This document shows, piece after piece, positions 55,080 to 64,000 of a stretch of 64,000 nucleotides of DNA. The stretch is from the human T2T-CHM13v2.0 reference genome, Homo sapiens. Where the stretch lies: assembly GCF_009914755.1 (NCBI RefSeq), contig NC_060926.1. One strand, written 5' to 3'. Position 1 is the first letter of the stretch; every line of letters begins with the position of its first letter. The position numbers and the translations under genes were made by a program. Below the pieces are notes generated by a model. That model worked only from the letters and a program-made list of their open reading frames with translations, was not told the origin of the DNA and did no database searches.

Positions 55080-55955
55080 TGCAGTGGTGCATCTTGATTG
55101 ATTTCCCATTTTCCCAGCTTTCCCTCTAGTTAGAGTCAGAGAAATCACCCACTTCGACCAGTGAGATCTAAACAAGAGTCTATTGTAATGATTTCTGGGA
55201 ACACTTGATTTCCTGACAAATAGGGCATATGTGGTTAATTTCCTTCTTCTAGTCCTTATGCTCCCACTCAACAGAATGATTTCTAGAAAATCTGTTAATC
55301 ACCCTGCAATGAGAAAAAATACCACTTTGAGAGATTATTGGCAGTGTCTCATAAGAGGGAGGTTAAAGGAGGATAGTTTCAGAGCTTTCTGGCCAGAAAT
55401 TGGTGTTATTAAGGTGGGCCCTGTAAGGCAGGGAAGTGATTGGTATTCAGCACAGTATCACAGCTTTCAATGGATAAATGCCTGGGGTGAGAGTCTTGAA
55501 GTAGGTCCTGACTAGCCAAAAGTTCACCTCAATAAGCAACCATATAAAGAAACATATTTCCTGAACAAATAGTTCAATAATTTTTGCCTAATTTCAGGAT
55601 TATTTAGCACAGAAATGAGAATATATGATTTATCTTAGAATTGACTAGCACAAAATAAAAGGATAGCAGATTGATTCTCAGGATTGTTTAGCATGGGATA
55701 GGAATGCATGTTGACTGTGTTCTCCCTACATTAGGGATATAATGTTTGCACCTGCATCGGCGTGAAGCAACATGTAAAGAAAAGGCCACCATAATCTCAA
55801 TGACGGCTGCCCCCAAAATGTTCTCCCACTGAACCAATGCCAGCATCTATTGCTGTCTGGAGTTCTTGTTTTATGAGAAAGAGAAACCCCAAATTATTTA
55901 TGCCACTTGGATTAGGGTTTTCTGTTCCCCATGACTGAATATTCTTCATATTACA
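55080..55955. mobile_element. Old MLT1-type LTR apparently split by a second old LTR-like segment (about 55325-55760)
   Basis: MLT1-like pieces on both sides (tttctgggaacacttgatttcctga; tgagaaagagaaaccccaaatt...gggttttctgtt). Subfamilies not determined. Confidence 0.4.
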
Positions 55956-56212
55956 CAGAAGACCAGGCATATGACTATTGCTTAAATATTGAGAATGTGG
56001 TTGTTTGTTATTTTAAGTAATATTTTTAAACAGTTTCCTATTTTTCAAGCACAACTTGTGCATTTCCTCGACAAAATATTTAGAAAGACTTTAAAATCTC
56101 AAACATATGCTATCTGTCATTAGACTGTTTACAAGGTAACCACATCAATGTGGGTTTAATACTTCTGTATAAAAAAGAAAGTATATAACATGTGTTGTTA
56201 CAGGCTAACTCC

Positions 56213-56500
56213 TATGGCTGGGTTCATGGGCATAGGACCAGTGTAATGCAGTATCACAGAGCCCAGTGCTCAAAAGGGGACCTTGTGTTTGGGGTTTAAT
56301 GCTATGTGGTCACTTTCTTGAAGTTCTTACAAATTTCATCTTTGAATTTGGGTTTTGCAAGTGAATTTCGATTGGACAGATGAATATATCTCATGGGGGC
56401 TGACAGCCTCATTCACATGAGATCCTGCACCCCACTAGCTCTGTACTTTCCTAGGACAAGTTCTCAGATGCCTAATTCTCAGACCCTGCCCAAAGATAGG
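56213..56500 (+). mobile_element. MER115/Zaphod-like (hAT-Tip100) fragment
   Basis: ggttcatgggcataggacc...gtgctcaaaagggg...ggtttaatgct...atctttgaatttgggttttgcaagtgaa. Confidence 0.65.
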
Positions 56501-57067
56501 TATTAGTTGAAAGTCCCTAGACTGGAGAACCAAAACTTCCCCAAAGAAGAACACATTTTAAAGTGCCTTTTAACTTTGAAAACCCCCTAATTATATCTTG
56601 GCTTTATTTTCCCTACCAAGTAAATCTGTTTTAATTTCTTAAATTAAATTGCATGCATTAGGGTGAGAAGATTGTGAAAATTCTCACTTGCCAGAGGCTT
56701 CCTACTTTACACGTCACAATATTTTATAGTGTCTCAGCCCCCAGAAAAAGTATGCTTTGAAGATGTTATTAATTTGAATAGATGACTGTGTATGTGTGTG
56801 ACTTATAATTTTGTAAGTCAGAAGTCTTTTGTATTATTTAGAACAAAAAATGTAAAATTTCATCCATCTAAATCACCTAATATTAAGAAAAAATGTGGGT
56901 TAGTAAAAATAGTTAAGCATATGTATGAGAAAGATCATTTATCTGTGGTAATGAGTAAGAATAAGCCATTAAACCAAAAGTTCAGAGAAGAGAAGAGAGA
57001 TGGCTTGACATATCATGGGAAATAGAAACCCTACCCTAGACTGATGCTGAAATTTAGCCAACGGGTG

Positions 57068-60000
57068 ATATGATTTATTTTCTTGCTTTTTATTTTGTGT
57101 GTATCTAGTGTACAATTTTTGTTTTGAGGTTACCATGAGGCTTGCAAATACTATCTTATTACAATTATTTTAACCTGATAAGAACTTAACACTCTTTGCA
57201 TAAACAAAAATAAAACAATAAAAACTCTACACCATAAGTTTGTCCCCGATTTTTAAATTTTTGTTGTTTCTATTTATATCTAATTGTACTGTGTGTCTTG
57301 AAAAGTCCTGTAGTTATTGTTTTTGATTGGTTCATCATTTAGCCTTTTTACTTAGGATAAAAGTAGTTTACAGACCACAGTTACACTGTCATAATATTCT
57401 GTGTTTTTCTGTGTACTATTGCCAGTGAGTTTTGTACCTACAGGTGATTACTTATTGCTCATGAATATCTTTGTGTTTCTGACTGAAGTACTCTCTTTAA
57501 CAGTTCTTGTAGGACAGATCTGGTGCTGATGAAATCCTTCAGCTTTTGTTTGTCTGGGAGAGCTTTTATTTCTCCTTCATGTTTGAAGGATATTTTTGCC
57601 AAATAAACTAAGTAATTTTTTTTCCTTATTTTAAAAATGTCATGCCATTCCCTCCTAACCTCTAGGACTTTTCCACTGAAAAGTCTGCTGCCAGATGTAT
57701 TGGAGTTCCATTGTATGTTATTTGTGTGTTTTCCTCTTGCTGCTTTTAGGATCTTTTCTTTATCCTTGATCTTTGGGAGTTCGGTTATTAAATGCCTTGA
57801 GGTAGTCTTCTTTGGGTTAATTCTGCTTGGTGTTTTATAACCTTCTTGTATTGGATATTGACATCTTTCTCAAAGTTTGGGAAGTTCTGTGTTATTATCC
57901 CTTTAAATCAACTTTCTACCTCTATAACTTCTTTACCTCCTCTTCAAGACCAATAACTCTTAGTTTTGCCCTTTTAAGGCTACTTTCTAGATCCTGTAGG
58001 TGTGTTTCATTGTTTTTTATTCTTTTTTCTTTTGTCTCCTCTGACTGTGTATTTTCAAGTAGCCTGTCTTCAAGCTCAGTAATTTCCTTCTGCTTTCTGC
58101 TTGATCAATTCTGCTATTAAAAGACTCTGATGTATTTTCAGTATGCCTATTGCATTTTTCACCTCCAGAATTTCTGCTTGATTCTTTTAAATTATTTCAG
58201 TCTCTTTGTTAAATTTATCTGATAGAATTTTGAATTCCTTTTCTGTGTTATCTTGAATTTCTCAACACAGCTATTTTGAATTCTGTCTGAAAGGTCACAT
58301 ATCTCTGTTTCTGAAGGATGGGCCCCTGGTGACTTATTAGTTTAATTTGCTGAGATTATGTTTTCCTGGATGGTGTTGATCCTAATAGGTGTTCTTTGGT
58401 GTCTGGGCATTGAAGAGTTAGGTATTGTAGTCTTCATTGTCTGGGCTTGTCTTTACCTATCCTTCTTGGGAAGGCTTTCCAGATATTTGAAAGGACTTGA
58501 GTGTGTAATCTAAGCTGGTTCTACTTTCGGTGGCACCTCAAGCCCAATAACGCTGTGGTTCTTGCAGACTCATAGAGGTAATATCTTGATGGTCTTGAAC
58601 AGGACCCAGTAGAATTCTCTAGATTACCAGGCAGAGACTCTTGTTCTCTTTCCTTATTTTCTCCCAAATAAATGGAGTCTCTGCATTCTGTGCCACTTAA
58701 AGCTGGGGTGGAGTGACACAGGCACCCTGTGGCCACCGCCACTATGACAGCAGTGGGTCTCACCCAAGGCCTGCAGTAACCACTCCCTGGCTACTGCCTA
58801 TGTTCACTCAAGTCCCTGGAGCTCTAGAGTTGCCAGATAGCAAAGCCAGCCAGGCCTGTGTCCATTCCTTCAGTGCAGCAAGTTCCCTCAGGCCCCGGGT
58901 GGGTCCAGAAGTGCCATCCAAGAGTCAGGGACCAGAGTCAAAAACCTTAGCAGTCTACCTGGTGTTCTATTGTACTGTGGCTGAGCTGGCACTCAAACCA
59001 CAAGATGCAGTGCTTCCTACTCTTCCTTCCCCTTTCCAAAGGCACAGGAGCCTCACCTCACAGCCACCAACACCATAGGCCACAGGAAGTACTGCCAGAC
59101 TACCACTGATACACCCTTAAGGCCCAAGCACTCTTAAGTCAGCTTGTGGTGAATGCTGCCTGGCTTGGTACTCACCCTTCAGGGCAATGGGCTCCCCTCT
59201 GGCCTAGGGCAGGTCAAGAAACACCATCCAAGAGTCAAGTCCTGGAATCAGGGACCCTAAAGAGCCTGCTTGGTGCTTTACCCCACTGTGGTTGTGCTGG
59301 TACCTAAGGGGCTTTTCTTAAGCAGAAGGAGTTTTGTCCCATAGCCACCAGAGCTGGTAATATACTGAATCTTACCTGAAGCCAGCAAGTCTCAGAGGCT
59401 CACCCTCGGCCCACGATGTAGTACTTGGGTATTGCTGCTGGTTATTCAGGACCCAAGGACTCTTCAGTTAGCAGGTGATGAATGCCGCCAGGAGTAAGTC
59501 CTTCCCTTCAAGGCAGTGAGTTCCTTTCTGGCCCGGGGTGTGTCTAGAAATATCATCCAGGAGCTAGCGCCTCACAATTCTGACCAGTGCTCTAACCTGC
59601 TGTGACTGAGCTGGTATCTGAGATGTAAGTCAATGTTCTTCCCACTCTTCCCTCTCCTCTCCTCAAGTATAATATTAATAGAAGGAAGGCGTCTCTTTTG
59701 GAGCCGTGAGCTGTGCAGCCTGGAGTTAAGGGAGGGGTTATGCCAGCACTCAGTCACCCTAGCTGGTGTCTCAATTAGTCATATGCCCCCCAGTCCACTG
59801 TCTTTGGGCCCAGTTCAGCACTAGGACTCACCAAAGAATTGCAGTCTTTGTGACCTAGGCTACCTTTCAAGTTTACTTAGAAACCTACAGCACTGTAGCC
59901 TTTGGTGGTGAGGTTTGCAGGAACTCAAGTTCTGACAGCTGGTATCGGGGATTCCGCTATGGCTAGTACTGGTTTAAATGCTGCTTAGGTGGGCAGGTGT

Positions 60001-60460
60001 CAGCTGAGTTTGGTCTGGTTTTCCTTTCTGCTCTAACAGGACAGCACGGAATTCAATGCATCACAAGTGATTTGAGTTTTCTGGAGTTTCAACAGCACCT
60101 GGAGCTGCTCTCTGCACCACCAGCACCTGGAGATGCTCTCTACACCACTAGCACCTGGAGATGCTCTCTACCCCACTAGCACCTGGAGATGCTCTCTACC
60201 CCACTAGCACCTGGAGATGCTCTCTGCACCATGCTGCTGCTGGGGGGGGCGGGGAAGCTGTGACGTCTGTGAGGCAAGGCTATTTTTTTCTATCTCTTCA
60301 GTGCCTCTTTCAGTGCTATGAAGTTAAAACCAGGTACTATGAGTGCTCACTTGATTTTTGTTTTTTATGAAGGTATTTTTTTCTGTGTAGAGGGTTGTTA
60401 ACCTGCTGTCCTTGCAGGGGCAATGATTGGTGGACACTTCTATTCTGCCATCTTGCTCCA
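57068..60460 (-). mobile_element. L1MA/L1M1-type LINE-1 5' half (5' UTR, ORF1, inter-ORF), antisense, ORF2 absent
   Basis: Inter-ORF (gaggttaccatgaggcttgcaaatac), antisense ORF1 (ttccactgaaaagtctgctgccagatg), GC-richer 5' UTR at about 58600-60460 ending ttctattctgccatcttgctcc. Confidence 0.88.
60093..60232. repeat. Minisatellite, 5 x 28 bp (YAGCACCTGGAGATGCTCTCTRCMCCAC)
   Basis: Units start at 60093, 60121, 60149, 60177 and 60205. Units 3 and 4 are identical. Confidence 0.97.
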
Positions 60461-60685
60461 GCTAATATTCTGAAATTTGGAAGTCATGGTCCCAGCTTCT
60501 GGTTTTCAAATGGCAACCACACAGGTCTGAATACCAAAAAAAAAAAAAAATCTTCAGATAAGCCTTTCAAGATCACTCAATCAAGGACAATCATAAATTA
60601 TGTAGACAATTATATTTGCCTAAATAAAAATGTTAAAGTTAAAACATTCTCCCACCCGGAAGAGTAGACATCCATATCCAAGTAC

Positions 60686-60711
60686 AAAAAAAAAAAAAAA
60701 AAAAAAAAAAA
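60686..60711 (+). repeat. A26 homopolymer
   Basis: Read directly from the sequence. Confidence 0.95.
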
Positions 60712-60720
60712 CAGGCCACA

Positions 60721-60939
60721 TTTTCTCTTTTCTTTTTTTCTTTTTTTTCTAATATTAAGTTTCGAGTAGCTGGGACTACAGACACGTGCCACCAGGCATG
60801 GCTAATTTTTGTATTTTTCGTAGAGGTGGGATCTTGCTATATTGCCCAGGCTGGTCTAGTGCTCCTGGGTTCAAGCAATCTGCCTGCCTTGGCCTCCCAA
60901 AGTGTTGAAAATTACAGGCATGAGTCACCACACTTAGAC
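60721..60939 (-). mobile_element. AluJ with most of the right monomer missing
   Basis: T-rich tail at 60721-60750, about 12 nt of non-Alu sequence, then cgagtagctgggactaca through the left monomer. Confidence 0.9.
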
Positions 60940-61259
60940 TGGACTTTCTTTCTTCACCCATCTCCATCTCTTTCTTCTCAAAGTCAAAAGCGTTAGAGGA
61001 AAGAGATAGAGATAATAAAAACGAAATGCCAATATTTGTTTTCAGCTCTTTTAGCAAGCACCTCATGATAAAAATACCGTTTAAGGAGAGAAGTTACCAC
61101 ATACTGATTAGAACTATAAAAGTCTAACAGTCCTGCAGGTGTCACAATTTCAAATACTTATAAGGAAACTTATAGGCAAACTAAATGAATGAAGCAGGTA
61201 AGATAGAGGACTTACATCAAGTAGAACTTGCTATCTCTGTTATCTCTCTCTACTTCTGA

Positions 61260-62985
61260 GTTATTTTTAACTCGGAACTTTTGCTTTGGTGTTCTGCAAT
61301 TTATCTACATATGGCAGGATATATATTTAGCTTTATTTATTCTGCTCAGGATCCATTGTGAATCTGAAGAGTCGTATATTTTTTGAAACTCCAGAAAACT
61401 CAAATTTAGTATCATTTTAAACATTGCTTCTCTCCAATCATATTATCTATTTCTGGAACCCCTATTATATATACATGAGACTTATTTATTGTACTTAAAA
61501 TTTTTTAGCCTGGTTTTTATATTTTACATCTTTTCTCTGTGTAATGATTTTTCATCAATTTACTCAGTGCTACCTTTTATTTCCCTAATTCTCTCTTCAG
61601 CTTTATCTCATCTGCAGTTTAACCAACCATTCAATTTTTATATTTTAACAATTATAAGTTTCATTGTCAGAAATTTTAACTTCCTTTTTTAATGCTTTTT
61701 TGTCATTTTTATACCATATTTTATTTTACTTTTCTGCCCTAACTTTACCTCTTGGACCTCATATTTTACTACCCCTACTATTCCTACTCTCACTCAGACT
61801 TACTCAGCCACACAGCCTTCCTACTGTTTTCACAGTTACTACTTCAGGGCCTTTGCACGTTGGATTTTCCCTGCCTGGAATGTTCATCCTTCAGATATAC
61901 AGCTGACTTACACCCTTACCTCCTTTAGCTTCAAGTATCCTTTTCTCAGTGAGGCTCTCCCTGATCTCCAAGGTATTAATAAAATTTAAATCACACTTTT
62001 ACCCAGAGCTCCCTACCCACCCCTCCTGCTTTATTTCCATTCATTGCACATTTCAGTATAAAACATATTTTGCTTATTTTGCTTTATATCTGTCTCTTAC
62101 AACTAGAATATAAATTTTATAAAGACAGTGAAGGGGGGATGGCAGTGGTGAATTTTTGTATTCCCAGTAACTAGAAAAATGCCTGACATAATTTGTTCCT
62201 TGAAAAATCTTAGTTAAGTAAAATAAACATGTGTCATTGAATGGTCTTCCTTATTCTTTCTTCTTTAATCCTTTAAACATAATTTCTAATCTAGTCTAAT
62301 AATTCTATTATATGAAATTCTTGAAGGTCTAATGCAGCTATTTGTGTTTTAAGATGAATCTATGTGTTGTGAAATTTGGGGTTTTGCTGTTGTTGTTTTA
62401 ATCTGAAGAGCTTTATATCCAGTGGGGCAGAGGGGACTTCACTCACATAATATGCATTTATGTCTTATTTTTATATTTTTTTCTACAGGAATCTTTCAAG
62501 GCCTGGGTTGAGGATCTCTTCAGAGAGGTCTAGCTATTGATCCCAGGGTGCTATCAGCCTGTGATCATTTGTTATGTTCATTTCCTAGTTTGCTGGGACA
62601 CTAGTGGAATTTTAATTACACACCCAGACCATGGGAAGTTCTACGTCTATGCTTTGAAAGCCACAGGTCAGTTTTTGTTGTTGTTGTTCTTCTTCTTCTT
62701 ATTTTACTTTTTCCCTGAGCTCTTGGGCAGATATAGACCAGTGTCTCTGTCTCTGTGGACTCCTTTACCAGGGGAAAGACTGTTTCTTTTCCACTTTCGA
62801 CTGATGATAAAAACCTTGTTAAGGGTCAATTCTTGTTTCTTGTCTCTTGCATATTCAAAGCCTTGTCTCTTATCTGTCTGTGTCCCAGCTATGCAAAAAA
62901 AAGATGTCTTTAGAAATTTTTCAACATTAAATTAATTCTATGGAGGAATTCGGATATCTAGTCAACCATATTGTCAGAAAAGCAG
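61260..62985 (-). mobile_element. HAL1/L1ME-like ORF1 and 5' remnant, antisense, interrupted by L2
   Basis: Degenerate ORF1-like antisense sequence (tttattctgctcagga, ttctggaacccctatta). Terminus ctagtcaaccatattgtcagaaa. Confidence 0.55.
61770..62227 (+). mobile_element. L2 (L2a-like) 3' part
   Basis: cttcagggcctttgcacgttg...ctgcctggaatg...ctcagtgaggc...actagaatataaatt...ttcccagtaactagaaaaatgcctgacata. Confidence 0.8.
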
Positions 62986-63000
62986 TCTGGAAATTCTATC

Positions 63001-63469
63001 TGTGTTAGTTTCCTCCAGCTGCCAGAATAAAGTACCACAATCTGGGTTGCTTAAAACATCAGAAACATGTTCTCTCATAGTTCTAGAAGCTAGACGGCAA
63101 AAATCAATGCATTGGTAGGGCCGTGCTTTCTCCAAAACCCGAAGAGGAAGTTTCTCCCTTGCCTCTTTCAGCCTCTGGAAGCCTCATGAGTTTCCTGGCT
63201 TGTGGCTGCTTAACTCTAAGCTCTGAGTTCATTTTCACCTTGCTTTCTCCTCCCTGTGTTTCTCTTCTTCACATGGCATTCTTTTTATGAGGATACCAGT
63301 CATATTGGTTTAGGGGCCCATCTTACTCCAGTATGACTTTTTCTTAGCTAATCACGCTTTCAATGATCCTATTTCCAAATAATGTCACATGCTGAAATAC
63401 TCAGGGTTAGGACTTCAACATTTTGGGGAGGGGGGTTGTTGAGGGGAGAACACAATTCAACCTGTAACA
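63001..63469 (-). mobile_element. MLT1C MaLR solo LTR
   Basis: tgtgttagtttcct...aaagtaccacaa...ccagtcatattggtttagggg...cacaattcaacctgtaaca. TSD CTATC/CAATC. Confidence 0.9.
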
Positions 63470-63524
63470 CAATCAAAAGAAAGCAGCTGCTATTTAGCTC
63501 TCACCTATTGCTTTCATGTTAAGA

Positions 63525-63714
63525 TATAGGTCCAATGTTGTCAGATTTCTGTTTATCAAGAGAATCTAGAGATTTGACTTCACATTTAAAATATTCTGAT
63601 TAGTAAATATTGGCTGCCTACCAAAAATTTTAAAACATTGTCATTAATATTTTGCTGGCAAAACACAACTACTGGCTAGGTGGGTTTGTAACAGACTACT
63701 GATTTTCAATCTTT
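63525..63714. mobile_element. MER103-like (hAT-Charlie) remnant
   Basis: ccaatgttgtcagatttctgtttatcaagagaa...aaatattggc...ttttaaaacattg. Confidence 0.5.
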
Positions 63715-64000
63715 ACGATAATACGAGGCACACTAGATTACTTATCCAGTGGTTCCTTTGAGTCAAACTAGAGTATTTTTAATACATTAAAGGACCATGG
63801 AGTGACTGAAAAGATATTCAGAATAGACAACACATCCGTCACAAGGTCCAAAACTAAAATGTATGTACCTTTATTCATAAAATAGTTCCTTCGGCCACGA
63901 CGTAGAATTTATTCATCATTATTTTACACATATTTCTAAGAAATTGGCCAGGTTTTCCTGCTCAGAGTAGATTTAAATTAGGTTCAGTATGTGAGAAATT

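Noticed and set aside
60093-60232. CRISPR-like array of 28-bp repeats
   Set aside because: The units are head to tail with no unique spacers and no cas genes. It is a minisatellite.
62537-62935. Longest ORF (132 aa)
   Set aside because: It has a TTG start, lies in a T-rich antisense HAL1/L1 remnant, and has low-complexity Phe/Leu content.

Overview
This window is AT-rich, CpG-poor, repeat-dense primate (human-like) non-coding genomic DNA, not microbial sequence. It contains about seven Alu copies (AluJ and AluS), several decayed LINE-1 elements including a near-full-length L1PA15/16-like copy at 38655-44707 (-), MaLR/ERVL solo LTRs (MSTA, MSTB, MLT1, LTR33, LTR78-like), MER/Tigger DNA-transposon fossils, L2/MIR/HAL1 remnants and microsatellites. 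I found no credible protein-coding gene, tRNA, rRNA or CRISPR array. The ORFs in the track are short and either repeat-derived or of chance length. Repeat subfamily names come from my recollection of consensus sequences and need RepeatMasker/Dfam confirmation; boundaries of old elements are approximate. I cannot support a new biological system. The most notable unexplained items are: a 29/30-identical 30-bp direct repeat about 2.07 kb apart next to an L1/LTR junction; candidate non-coding exons with good splice signals on both strands; a micro-scale duplication/inversion (template-switch) scar at 3361-3507; a MER53 with a perfect 21-bp stem; a 5x28-bp E-box minisatellite in an L1 5' UTR; and a CCAAT/alternating purine-pyrimidine/TATA arrangement in an old LTR.
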